Shown here piece after piece: positions 26,930 through 36,067 of a stretch of DNA of 64,000 nucleotides. The translations under genes and the position numbers were made by a program. The first letter of the stretch is position 1. Every line of letters begins with the position of its first letter. The stretch lies in contig CBDCXM010000009.1 of the NCBI GenBank assembly GCA_965223855.1, positions 928,001-992,000 on the forward strand, in the 5' to 3' direction. Source of the stretch: Candidatus Multivoradales bacterium (GTDB lineage Bacteria > Acidobacteriota > Thermoanaerobaculia > Multivoradales > JAHEKO01). Under the pieces are notes generated by a model. That model did no database searches and was not told where the DNA came from. It was given only the letters and a program-made list of their open reading frames with translations.

Positions 26930-27331
26930 TCAGTCTCCCGGGAACAGGCGTCTGGCGACGAGGGAGAACAGCAGCAGGCCGAAGCCGGCCATCATCGGCA
27001 CCAGCCCGATCGACCAGAGCTTCTCGAGCTCGGGGTCGGCGATGATGAGGAAGCCGACGAAGAGCCCGGTGCCGCCGAACATCAGCAGCAGGCCGAGGCC
27101 GAAGGCGATCAGCCGGACCCACTGGCTCTGCCGGCGGTAGGCGTCCTGCGGGGTCAGGGTTTCAGTGGTCATGGAGGGGTCTCCTTTCGGTTGCGGAGTC
27201 TCGCCGTGCTCGATCGCCGCCAGCCGCTCGCGATGTTCCATGAGCCGGGTGCGGTAGGCCTGCTGGCGCACCAGCAGCCAGACCCCGGCGACGAGGGCAG
27301 CGGTGAGCAGGATGGTGAGTTCGATCGGCAT
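26930..27331 (-). CDS. Membrane protein (DUF6249-like)
   Basis: TM, HRERLAAIEHG, two more TM with GLVPMMAGFGLL. Confidence 0.7.
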   Translation of the reverse strand: MPIELTILLTAALVAGVWLLVRQQAYRTRLMEHRERLAAIEHGETPQPKGDPSMTTETLTPQDAYRRQSQWVRLIAFGLGLLLMFGGTGLFVGFLIIADPELEKLWSIGLVPMMAGFGLLLFSLVARRLFPGD

Positions 27332-27358
27332 GAGAGGGCTCCTGTGGTCTTCGTTCTT

Positions 27359-27387
27359 GAGACGAGGTGACCGGACCGAAAGGTTGC
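27359..27387 (-). promoter_or_regulatory. ECF promoter of the DUF6249-ECF-anti-sigma operon
   Basis: Minus strand GCAACC-N17-CGTCTC; the -35 (CGCAACCT) is tandemly duplicated. Confidence 0.6.
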
Positions 27388-27486
27388 GCAGGTTGCGCGG
27401 GGATTCTGTCGGCGAGCGGCCGCACGATTGCGGACAGCTGTGTCAGCTCTGACAGCTGTTCTGGCGGCCCGGAAGGGCCTTCGCGA

Positions 27487-28350
27487 TCAGCCGGCGGCTC
27501 TCAGGCGCTCGAGCAGAGCGGAGTTGAGTCGAGTGTACTCGTCCCTCAGCTCGTCGCCCTCGGTGGCAGCCCCGGCGAGCGAGCGCTCGGCGGCGTCCAC
27601 CGCGGCCTCGATGTCACCGAGACCCTCTCGAATCAGGGCCAGCCGGTAGAGCATGCCGATGTGGCCGGGGGTCGACTCGAGCGCCTTCTCCATCAGCTCG
27701 GCGGCGCGAGCGAGGTCGAGACCGCTCTCGAAGTAGAACATCGCGGCGTGGAAGTAGGGCTTGCGTCCGTCCCCGGCGAGAGCCTCCTCGAGCCGTGGCA
27801 CCACGGTGGTCGCCAGGTCGACGGTCACCGGCACCTCGAGCCGCGTCCGCGCCCATGCCAGGTAGAGGAGTGCCCGATCGCGTCCGACATCGTCGAAGCC
27901 GATCGTGAAGCTTTCGATGGGGAGCGGCAGTTCGCTCGGAGTCACGACGATGCGTGCGACGTCTCGGGCCGGGTCGTAGGCGTACGACCCCCATTGCGAC
28001 CGACTCGACTGGAGGATGACCTCCCAGCGATAAGGGCCGGGGATGGTGAAGAGTTCGTAGCTTCCCGCCTCTACGGCGACGCCGCCGAACGAGAACGCCG
28101 TGCTCGCCGTGAGGCTGGTGGCGGCGTCCGCTCCGGTCCGCCAGATCCGTCCGAACGGCACGAGCGCGCCGAAGATCTCCCGCCCCCTTACCGACGGCCG
28201 ACCGTAGTTGATCTCGAAACGGGTCGAAGCCACCTGCTGGTGGATCTCGGCGCGAGGATTCGTCGCCGGCAACGGGAAGTCGGCGGCCGCGACCGTGAGT
28301 GGCTGCACGCACAGTGCGAAAGCGAGCGAGTGCCAGGAAGGTGATTTCAT
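27487..28350 (-). CDS. DUF2911-domain protein (second paralog)
   Basis: INYGRPSVRGREIFGALVPFGRIWRTGAD, AGSYELFTIP, WGSYAYDP; TPR-like tail. Confidence 0.85.
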   Translation of the reverse strand: MKSPSWHSLAFALCVQPLTVAAADFPLPATNPRAEIHQQVASTRFEINYGRPSVRGREIFGALVPFGRIWRTGADAATSLTASTAFSFGGVAVEAGSYELFTIPGPYRWEVILQSSRSQWGSYAYDPARDVARIVVTPSELPLPIESFTIGFDDVGRDRALLYLAWARTRLEVPVTVDLATTVVPRLEEALAGDGRKPYFHAAMFYFESGLDLARAAELMEKALESTPGHIGMLYRLALIREGLGDIEAAVDAAERSLAGAATEGDELRDEYTRLNSALLERLRAAG

Positions 28351-28470
28351 CTCGAGCTCGTTTCTCCAGGACCGAAGCGGCGAGTTCTGAGGATGTCCAA
28401 CCCCCTGCCGGGTCGCCTTGTTCCCTTCGATCCAGCCGCTTCGCCTGCCCCGGGGGTGCGCGAAGAACCC

Positions 28471-29295
28471 TCAGTCGGATCGGGAGTCGTCGACGAACCA
28501 GCTCAGAGCGCTCCAGCGCTCGCTGGCTTCGTTGCCGTCCATCAGCGCCACCACTCTGCCGGTCGTGGCGTAGACGGCCCGCCAGTAGCGGCCGGGCTCG
28601 CGAAAGTCGATCGTCGGCGGGTCGATCCCCGGCTGCTGACCGTGGATCTCCTCGATCTGCCCGAACACCTCTCCCTCGAAGATCGTCGTGAAGAGCACTT
28701 CGGCGCTGTGCTCGACGCGCGTACCCCGGCTGTAGACACGGACCGGCTTGCCGGCGCGGATCGCCGCGATCAGCTCGGCCTTCGAGCCCTCGACCGGCTG
28801 GCCGTTCTCGTCATGACGGTAGGCGAGTCTCCAGCCGCCGGACATCTCTGCCGTCCGCGGCTCGACGATCAGGAAGACGGCGGTCGTGTCGCCGACGTTG
28901 AGCACCTCGTGCCAGTCGACACCGTCACTCGCCCAGGAGAGGCCGGTGGCGAGGTCGACTTCGCGCACACCCTCTGCATCGCGCATCTGCATGCGCCCGC
29001 CGGCCACGGTGTAGCCGAAGTGCGGAGCGTGGAAGTGGCGCTCGTGTCCGACTCCCGGAGGGAAGTTGCAGAGCAGAGCGCGGTGCCGGTCGTCCTCGGA
29101 GAGAAGCTCGCACACAGCGTCGTCCTGCCAACCGGCGGCCAACGGGTCGGGCAGCTCGGCGGCCGCGCCCGAGGGGGCGAGGCTCGTGACGACGAGGCTT
29201 GCGGTGACGAGGCCTGGGGCGACGAAGACGGCGCCGAGTCCCCGCAGGGTGCTCGCGAAGTGGGAGGCGCTCTCGGCGCCGGCGGGTTCGTTCAT
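28471..29295 (-). CDS. Secreted cupin-domain fusion protein
   Basis: FPPGVGHERHFHAPHFGY...WHEVLNVG cupin plus ~115-aa unknown C-terminal domain. Confidence 0.7.
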   Translation of the reverse strand: MNEPAGAESASHFASTLRGLGAVFVAPGLVTASLVVTSLAPSGAAAELPDPLAAGWQDDAVCELLSEDDRHRALLCNFPPGVGHERHFHAPHFGYTVAGGRMQMRDAEGVREVDLATGLSWASDGVDWHEVLNVGDTTAVFLIVEPRTAEMSGGWRLAYRHDENGQPVEGSKAELIAAIRAGKPVRVYSRGTRVEHSAEVLFTTIFEGEVFGQIEEIHGQQPGIDPPTIDFREPGRYWRAVYATTGRVVALMDGNEASERWSALSWFVDDSRSD

Positions 29296-29339
29296 GGTGG
29301 CTCTGCTCCGATGTGGGGTGTCGGGAGGGACCGGCGCCC

Positions 29340-31340
29340 TCAATCGCCGCTGCCGCGTTGCCAGCTCGTCCAGCCGATCTCGCCTTCGCCCGGCGGCTTG
29401 ACCCAGTGGGCGTCGGGGAGTTCGAGCCTCGTGCGCGCCTGTCCGCGCGGCATGGAGAAACGCTCGGTCGTGAAGGTGTGTCCGTAGGTGTGCACCGAGA
29501 TCAGATGCACCGTGCGAGGTTGTCCGGCGACGAGGATCGCCGGCAGCTCGCCCGGCGGCGAGTACGGCCGGGCGGGGATCGAGATCTGAAGCGAGACCAG
29601 TCGACCCGGCTCGAAGGCGCCGGGCTGGGGGCTCTCACCGCCGGTCATGGCGTCGCGCAGGGAACCGACGAGGCAGCGCGGCGTGCCGTCGGCGCAGGGG
29701 GCGAGTCCGAGGCTCCCGCCGTCGGACGGCTGGAACAGCCGCCGCACGACGACCAGCTCCGGCCCGCGAGCACGGAACCAGCGCGGCGAGAGGGTTCGCA
29801 GCTCCTTGCGATCGACCGAGGTCATCGCCCGCGCGTGCCAGCTCGCCCCCGGCTCGAACAGCCGTCGACTGTGGAAGATCCAGCCGTCGGCGCTCTCGAG
29901 AACACCCGGGTCGACCCCGTCCAGCCTCTCGACGTCGTGGCGGAGGCCGCGGATCGGCCGCCGTCCGTGCCAGGCGGGCTCGGGAACGTCCATCCGCTCG
30001 GCGAGAACGACGTGGTTGTCGCTACGAGTCATCGGTCGGCGCAGGAAGCGCTCAGCGAGGTCGCGGGTGTGCGGGATCGACTGCCTGTAGACGTAGTTCC
30101 AGCCCGGTGGCACGACGAGCGCCGCCAGTGCCAGCCACGCTCCGGTACCTGCCCGGCCTCGCCATCGCGGGGGAACGAGGTGGCGCACGCCACGCCAGAG
30201 AGCGCGGAGCGCGAACGCCAGACAGAGGCAGGTGACCGGCAGGATCGGCAGCACGTTGTTCGGCTTGAAGTGGTTGGTCTGAGTGACGTACACCAACAGC
30301 CAGATCGGCGCGAACGAAAGCAGTCCGAGGGTGGCGGCCGCGCGGGCTCGCGTCGCGCTGGCGGCGGGCCGTCGTAGCACCGGGAGCGCCGCGATCAGCA
30401 GGAAGAGGGCGCCGCCGCCGGCGAGCCAGGCGCCGGGGGGCGAGTGGACCCAGCGGCCGGCAAAGAGCGCCAGGGAGTCGGCGGTCACGTCCCAGCGGCT
30501 GGTGCCGTGGAGGAAGGCGCCGTACTCGTACTCGCTCTTGAGCCGCTCCATGTAGCCGGGGTAGAGGCGCCAGTGGGGGTTGAAGAGCAGGAAGGAGAGC
30601 GCCGATACCGTCGCCGCGACGGCGAGGTTGCGCCACCGGCGACGGTCGCCCGGTCCGAGGAGCACGGTCCCCAGGGCGAGGGGAAAGGCTGCGACCACGC
30701 CGGTGAGCTTGGCGCTGGCGGCGGCCGCGATCGCGAGACCGGTCACGGCGCCCCATCTCCACGACGCCGTCTCGAGCGTGCGGACGGTGGCGTAGAGCGC
30801 CGCGACGATGGCGGTGATGAGCATCGCGTCCGGCTTGAAGTAGCCCGACATGTGGAGGTGCCACGGCAGGAAGGTGAGGAGCGCCGCCGCCAGCAGGCCG
30901 ACGTCGGGTCCGCGCAGACGTCGTCCCAGCAGGTAGAGGAGCCCGATGCCGGCGACCGCCAGCAGCGCCGTCCAAGCTCTGGCCGCGCGATAGAGCGCGG
31001 GTTGCGGGGCTCCGTCTTCCAGTGCGTCCCAGCGCGCATCGCCGGTGCGTTCGTGCAGCCGCTCGAGGGCGAGCGCAAGTCCGGAGACCGGGGCGAAGAA
31101 GAGCGGCGAGGCGTAGAAGCCCCTGGGGGTGAGCGTCGTCCCCTTCACCGCCAGGGCATGCACGTTCTCGAACGCGTAGCGCTCGTCCCAGAAGCGGTTG
31201 TGGTGAGTGCCGCCCCAGCCGTAGGCGACCCGCAGTGCCAGGCCGACGAGGAGCAGCAGGGCCAGCAGCCAGCGATGACCGCGGCCGGCTGCCGCTGGTG
31301 GAGGGCTTGGGAACGGGCGGGCTGGGGCGTCGCCGCTCAT
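29340..31340 (-). CDS. GT-C glycosyltransferase (family 39/ArnT-like)
   Basis: LALRV..FWDE, multi-TM, FKPD, AKLTG. Confidence 0.8.
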   Translation of the reverse strand: MSGDAPARPFPSPPPAAAGRGHRWLLALLLLVGLALRVAYGWGGTHHNRFWDERYAFENVHALAVKGTTLTPRGFYASPLFFAPVSGLALALERLHERTGDARWDALEDGAPQPALYRAARAWTALLAVAGIGLLYLLGRRLRGPDVGLLAAALLTFLPWHLHMSGYFKPDAMLITAIVAALYATVRTLETASWRWGAVTGLAIAAAASAKLTGVVAAFPLALGTVLLGPGDRRRWRNLAVAATVSALSFLLFNPHWRLYPGYMERLKSEYEYGAFLHGTSRWDVTADSLALFAGRWVHSPPGAWLAGGGALFLLIAALPVLRRPAASATRARAAATLGLLSFAPIWLLVYVTQTNHFKPNNVLPILPVTCLCLAFALRALWRGVRHLVPPRWRGRAGTGAWLALAALVVPPGWNYVYRQSIPHTRDLAERFLRRPMTRSDNHVVLAERMDVPEPAWHGRRPIRGLRHDVERLDGVDPGVLESADGWIFHSRRLFEPGASWHARAMTSVDRKELRTLSPRWFRARGPELVVVRRLFQPSDGGSLGLAPCADGTPRCLVGSLRDAMTGGESPQPGAFEPGRLVSLQISIPARPYSPPGELPAILVAGQPRTVHLISVHTYGHTFTTERFSMPRGQARTRLELPDAHWVKPPGEGEIGWTSWQRGSGD

Positions 31341-31341
31341 C

Positions 31342-32184
31342 TCAGGTCCGCAACGATCTCAGGAGGCGGAGATTACCGGCGTCGCCGACGCCGTCTTTGG
31401 GGGTCTCGAGCACCATCGGAACATCGCCCAAGCGGCGATCGGAGACGATGCGTGCGAGCGCCGCTCGACCGAGATGACCGGCGCCGATGTGCTCGTGCCG
31501 GTCGCGACGCGAGCCGAACGGCTGCTTCGAGTCGTTGAGGTGGACCGCTCGCACCTGGTCGAGGCCGAGGCGACGGTCAATCTCGCCGATCGTCGCTTCG
31601 AGCCCCTCCGCCTCGTGGATCGGATAGCCGGCCGCGAACAGGTGGCAGGTGTCGAGGCACACGCCCAGCCGCTCCGGTCGACGCACGGCGTCGTAGATCC
31701 CCTCCAGTTCCTCGAGGTCGGCGCCGAGGTTCGAGCCCTGACCGGCGGTGGTCTCGAGGAGGAGGCGGGTGGCGAATCCCGCGGTGCGTTCGAACACCCG
31801 ATCGAGGAAGGCCCCGACCCGCCGCACGCCGGTGGCGACGCCGGCCCCGACATGGCTCCCGGGGTGGAGCACGACGCCTGCAAGGCCGAGCCGCTCGGCT
31901 CGCTGGAGCTCGTCGATCAGCGCGACGATCGAGCGTTCGCGGGTGGCCGGCTCGGGGGACGCCGGGTTGACGAGGTAGCTGCCGTGCGAGATCAGCCGGT
32001 GCGGCGGCCAACGGCGCGCCAGCTTGCGGAAGCGGTCGACGTCGCTCGCGGCGAGGGGCTTCGCCCGCCACTGGTTCTGATTGCGGGTGAAGAGCTGCAC
32101 CGCGCCGCAATCGAGCTCGGCGGCCCGTTCGAGGGCACGCCACACCCCGCCCGCGGCCGAGGTGTGCGCTCCGAGATTGTCCAA
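31342..32184 (-). CDS. nfo: Endonuclease IV (AP endonuclease)
   Basis: GAHTSAAGG, QLFTRN, HGSYLVN, HPGSH, LETTAGQG, CLDTCHLFAAGY, HLNDSK, DRHEHIG, ETP; TTG start ~32184. Confidence 0.95.
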   Translation of the reverse strand: MDNLGAHTSAAGGVWRALERAAELDCGAVQLFTRNQNQWRAKPLAASDVDRFRKLARRWPPHRLISHGSYLVNPASPEPATRERSIVALIDELQRAERLGLAGVVLHPGSHVGAGVATGVRRVGAFLDRVFERTAGFATRLLLETTAGQGSNLGADLEELEGIYDAVRRPERLGVCLDTCHLFAAGYPIHEAEGLEATIGEIDRRLGLDQVRAVHLNDSKQPFGSRRDRHEHIGAGHLGRAALARIVSDRRLGDVPMVLETPKDGVGDAGNLRLLRSLRT

Positions 32185-32201
32185 CGGCGGGCCGCGTCTC
32201 G

Positions 32202-34529
32202 TCAGATGTAGCCGAGGCTGCGCAGCCGCTCGAGCTCGGCGGCGTCCATGCCGGCGGTCGGGTCGACCCGGTCGAGACGCGCCGCCTCCGCCTGGCGCCG
32301 CCAGTTGTCGAGCACCGAGGAAAGACGCTCGACGACCTCGGGATGCTCGGCAGCGACGTCGATCTGGTTGAGGGGGTCGTCGAGGTGACGATAGAGGGCG
32401 TGACGGACGTCGCCGTCGTCGACTTCGTGGCGGATCAGCTTCCACTCCCCCAGCTGAATCGCGGTAGATGTGTGCCCTCGCAGGGTCATCAGCATCTCGG
32501 TGATGGCTGGCCGGTTCCACAGCGGCGCCTCGGTGCCGTCGAAGAGTGGCGCCAGCGAAGCCCCCTGTGCACGCTCCGGTACGGGCAGGCCGCTGAGCTC
32601 GAGCATCGTCGGCATGAGGTCGATCGTCTGCACCGTCGGCTCGACGACGACGCCGGCGGGAAGGCGCCCCGGCTGCCACAGGAGCATCGGCACCCGGTTC
32701 AGCTCGCCGTAGACGGTGTGGCCGTGGAAGTGAGCGTCGTGCTCGAGGAACTCGGTGCCGTGATCGGCGACCACCGCGACCAGTACGCGGCCGCCGAGTT
32801 CGAGCTCGTCGAGGCGCGAGAAGAGCTGCTCGAGTGCGACGTCCATGCCGCGGATCGAGCTGTCGTAGCCGTCGAGCTCGTGGGCGACGAAACTCTCTGG
32901 GTCGAGACCCGCCGCCTCGAGCTCCTCGCGCAGCGGCATACCGAAGCGCTGCATCAGCTCGTGGTGGGTGATGTGGGGCCGCACCTGCTCGATCCACCCG
33001 TCGAGCCGGTCCATGTCGCCCGGCTCGGAGAAGATCTCCTCGTCTTCGGGCAACGGCCGGTAGGGGCTGTGGGGGTCGGCGACGTGGAGCAGGGCGAAGA
33101 AGGGCGTGTCGTGCCGCTGCTCGATCCAGGGCAGCAGTCGGCCCACGTGCTCGCGGGCGGTCTTCGGGCCGAGGTCGTCGTCGACGGACGCTCCTTCGTG
33201 CATCACCTCGTACCCCTGATGGAGGGCCGTCAGCCGGCCGACGAACGGGATGGTGGTGAGAGCCAGCGTGGCGTAGCCGGCTTCGCGGTAGACCTCGGCG
33301 AGGGTCTGGGCCGCCGCCGGCAGCCGGTCGGGGATGTCGGCCACCGTGTGGGTGCTCGGATAGAGCGAGGTCTGGATCGCCGGCACCGAGACCTTGGTCC
33401 AGGTCGCCTGGGAGACGGTGTTGGCGAACCGCACTCCTTCGTCCGCCAGCCGGGTGAGGGTCGGTGCCGTCTCCCGCTCGTAGCCGTACGAGGCCAGATG
33501 GTCGGCGCGCAGCGTGTCGGTGAGAATCAGGATGACGCCGGCGAGCTCGTCGGGAGCGGTGCGCGAGCGCACCACCGGATTGCCCCAGACGCCGATCGTC
33601 CCCTCGTCCCCGGAGAGCGACAGGGCGATCTCGACCGCCGCGCCGTCGAGCCCGTCGAGCTCGAGCCACAGCTCGTTCCACGCTTCCGGTTCGGTGATCG
33701 ACTGCTCGATCACGCGCGGTTCGCCGCTCTCCGGGATGACCTCGACACGGAAGTCGACGGCGGTCGCCCCGGTCGAGCCGACCGCGACCTCGAGCGCCGG
33801 CGCCGCCGGCAGTACGGCCTGGTAGCGCAGCGTCTCGGGTGCCCGCGCGACGATCGACTCGCGGTAGATCTCCGACATCCCCTTCCAGCTCACTCCCGAA
33901 GGGATCGACGCGAAGTGCTCGCCCTCGAAGACCAGCTTCACCGACTCGATCTCGAAGCGGGCTCCCGCGGTGTCGGACGGCGAGATCAGCAGGTGGTGGG
34001 CGGAGTCGGCGGTGACGGTGCGCGGCGGACGCAGGACGTAGGTCTGCATCTCCTCGCCCGTGCGGAGCGGAGTGCGGAACTCGCCGAACGGATTGCCGAG
34101 CGCGCGCCCGAGGACCAGCGGGTCGCCGTCGAAACGCACGGTCAGATGGTCGCCGTCGGAGACCTTCGCCCGGACCTCCACCGAATGGACCCTCTCGCCG
34201 TCGGGGACGTCGGTCGGTCGCCGGGCGACCACGAAGGCCTCCTCGCCGGTGACGCTGCCGCGCAGCACCCCTTCGACGACCTCGAGTCCTTCGATCCCGC
34301 GCTCGGCGCGGAAGTCGTTCGCGCCGTCGGCGAAGGTCCAGCTCGTCGCCTCGTAGCCGGCGGGCGCCGGTGGCGGGCTGGACTCGACCACGGAGGAGGC
34401 GAAGAGGTCGACGAGGCGGACCGGCTGCCGTGAAGGCTCTTCGGGCGCCGAACAGGCTGCGAACACGACCGCAGCGGCGCCGACCGGAATGCTGGCGAGG
34501 CGCGTCGGAGACGCGGAGAGGGGGTGCAT
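32202..34529 (-). CDS. Sulfatase-like (alkaline phosphatase superfamily) lipoprotein
   Basis: Lipobox FAAC; DTLRADHL, DPHSPY, ADHG..FLEH..HG; lacks the CxPxR motif. Confidence 0.85.
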   Translation of the reverse strand: MHPLSASPTRLASIPVGAAAVVFAACSAPEEPSRQPVRLVDLFASSVVESSPPPAPAGYEATSWTFADGANDFRAERGIEGLEVVEGVLRGSVTGEEAFVVARRPTDVPDGERVHSVEVRAKVSDGDHLTVRFDGDPLVLGRALGNPFGEFRTPLRTGEEMQTYVLRPPRTVTADSAHHLLISPSDTAGARFEIESVKLVFEGEHFASIPSGVSWKGMSEIYRESIVARAPETLRYQAVLPAAPALEVAVGSTGATAVDFRVEVIPESGEPRVIEQSITEPEAWNELWLELDGLDGAAVEIALSLSGDEGTIGVWGNPVVRSRTAPDELAGVILILTDTLRADHLASYGYERETAPTLTRLADEGVRFANTVSQATWTKVSVPAIQTSLYPSTHTVADIPDRLPAAAQTLAEVYREAGYATLALTTIPFVGRLTALHQGYEVMHEGASVDDDLGPKTAREHVGRLLPWIEQRHDTPFFALLHVADPHSPYRPLPEDEEIFSEPGDMDRLDGWIEQVRPHITHHELMQRFGMPLREELEAAGLDPESFVAHELDGYDSSIRGMDVALEQLFSRLDELELGGRVLVAVVADHGTEFLEHDAHFHGHTVYGELNRVPMLLWQPGRLPAGVVVEPTVQTIDLMPTMLELSGLPVPERAQGASLAPLFDGTEAPLWNRPAITEMLMTLRGHTSTAIQLGEWKLIRHEVDDGDVRHALYRHLDDPLNQIDVAAEHPEVVERLSSVLDNWRRQAEAARLDRVDPTAGMDAAELERLRSLGYI

Positions 34530-34656
34530 CGCGAGATTCTAGCTCGTCCCTCTCGCGCCGCTGTGCCCCGGTAGGTCGCAGGTCGCTGGAGATAGGAGGC
34601 TTCCGCTCTACGTCGAGGAGCGCAGTACGGAAACGAAGCGGCCCGGCGATTCGTGT

Positions 34657-34685
34657 TGAACCCGGTCGCCCCGGAGGCGGACTCA
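34657..34685 (+). promoter_or_regulatory. ECF promoter matching the 22.8/23.4 kb motif
   Basis: TGAACC(34657)-N17-GACTCA(34680). Confidence 0.65.
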
Positions 34686-34689
34686 AGGT

Positions 34690-34800
34690 TCGACAGCGGT
34701 CGTTCATCCGGAGCCGGAGACGACTTCGTAGATCAGATGAAAACCGCTGGAAGCCGTCGGGTTGGTGGTTGATTGGGCCTCCACCGACCCGGCGGCTTCC
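34690..34800 (+). ncRNA. Candidate ECF-dependent structured sRNA or leader
   Basis: Starts after the promoter; stem CAGCGGT-cg-TTCATC/GATGAA-a-ACCGCTG, then a 20-bp stem at 34749-34800. Confidence 0.45.
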
Positions 34801-34867
34801 CCTGCCCTGGCCGCGCCTCGTTTTCCTTCTCGCTGACGGGCCGTTCGCGGCCTGCTAGCGTCGCGCC

Positions 34868-35986
34868 ATGTCGAGCATGACGCCTGTCGCCGTACGATGC
34901 CGCCGGCTCGCAAGACGGTTCCCCGCGGGGGTCTTGCTGCTGGCATCGTTGCTCTCCGGGAGGACGCTCACCGCACAGCCGATCGATCGACTCGGCGCCA
35001 TCGGTGACAGCCTGACCGACGAGTACCTCGAGGACAGCTACGACTACGCTCGTGCCTGGACCGAGATCCTGGTCGATGAACGGGGAATCACCTTCGGTCC
35101 CACCGCCGTCCAGGCGGGGCAGCCGGGTGGCACCTGGGGCGAGCCGCGACGGCGGGGGTTCCAGGACAACTGGGCACGCTCCGGCGCCACCACCAACGAC
35201 GCGTTGAACACGGGCCAGCACACCGGCGTCGCGGGCGGAGCACAGAGTCGCGACGTCTCGCACGTGGTGATCTACATCGGCGGCAACGACTTCTCGCCGT
35301 GGGCCGGCGCCTACGACGAGATCTACGATGGCGCGTGGAGCCAGGGTCAGATCAACGCCTGGATCGCCGGCCGGGTCGGCAACGTCGGCACGATCCTCGA
35401 CACCGTCGGGGCGACGCCGGCGAAGATCGTGCTGCTTGGCATCCTCGACTTCTCGGTCATGCCGTGGCTTCATCAGGGGGCGTACACCGATCCGGCGCGG
35501 CGCGAGGCGGTCGCCGACGCGGTCTCGCAGCTCGGCGACGGCCTGCGGGTGCTCGCTCAGCAGCGCCAGCTCGTGTTCGTGGATGTCTTCGCCTTCGGGC
35601 GCGCCGTCTTCGGCGACAACTTCAACCTGCGGCCGACGCTCACGATCGGCAACGTCGCCATCGACCTCGACGAAGTCGACAGCTCGACCGGCGCCATCCC
35701 GACCGCTGGCTTCGTCGATGACGGTGTGCACCCCAACACCGTGCTGCAGGCGCTGTGGGCGAATCTCATCCTCACCGCCCTCAATCAGGCCTACGACACC
35801 GGTGTCCCGCTCTTCTCCGAGCAACAGATGCTGGCGACCGCGGGAATCGCCTACGGCGGCGTCGACACCCTCGACGACGAGATCGGCCCGCTGTCGGAGT
35901 TCGTCGCCGACTACACCGGACGGACGATCTTCGCCGACGGCTTCGAGGGTGGCGACACCTCGGCGTGGTCGGCGACCGTGCCCTGA
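34868..35986 (+). CDS. Secreted SGNH/GDSL hydrolase with IFADGFE tail
   Basis: GDSLTD, GGNDF, DGVHP; ends IFADGFEGGDTSAWSATVP. Confidence 0.88.
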   Translation: MSSMTPVAVRCRRLARRFPAGVLLLASLLSGRTLTAQPIDRLGAIGDSLTDEYLEDSYDYARAWTEILVDERGITFGPTAVQAGQPGGTWGEPRRRGFQDNWARSGATTNDALNTGQHTGVAGGAQSRDVSHVVIYIGGNDFSPWAGAYDEIYDGAWSQGQINAWIAGRVGNVGTILDTVGATPAKIVLLGILDFSVMPWLHQGAYTDPARREAVADAVSQLGDGLRVLAQQRQLVFVDVFAFGRAVFGDNFNLRPTLTIGNVAIDLDEVDSSTGAIPTAGFVDDGVHPNTVLQALWANLILTALNQAYDTGVPLFSEQQMLATAGIAYGGVDTLDDEIGPLSEFVADYTGRTIFADGFEGGDTSAWSATVP

Positions 35987-36067
35987 TCTTCGCGCCCGGA
36001 GACCGGAATCGCTTCCCCCTTCCCGGGTCGTCGCCATTTCGACACGCCGACGCGATAAGTTTCGCGG

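Noticed and set aside
31342-34707. 1121-aa ORF suggesting a large fusion to endonuclease IV
   Set aside because: The first ~840 aa are Arg-rich off-frame translation of the sulfatase gene; nfo starts near 32184
34540-34860. Possible 6S RNA, SRP RNA or tRNA
   Set aside because: No SRP GGAA/GCAGC core, no cloverleaf and no long 6S-like rod recognised; kept only as a novel sRNA candidate
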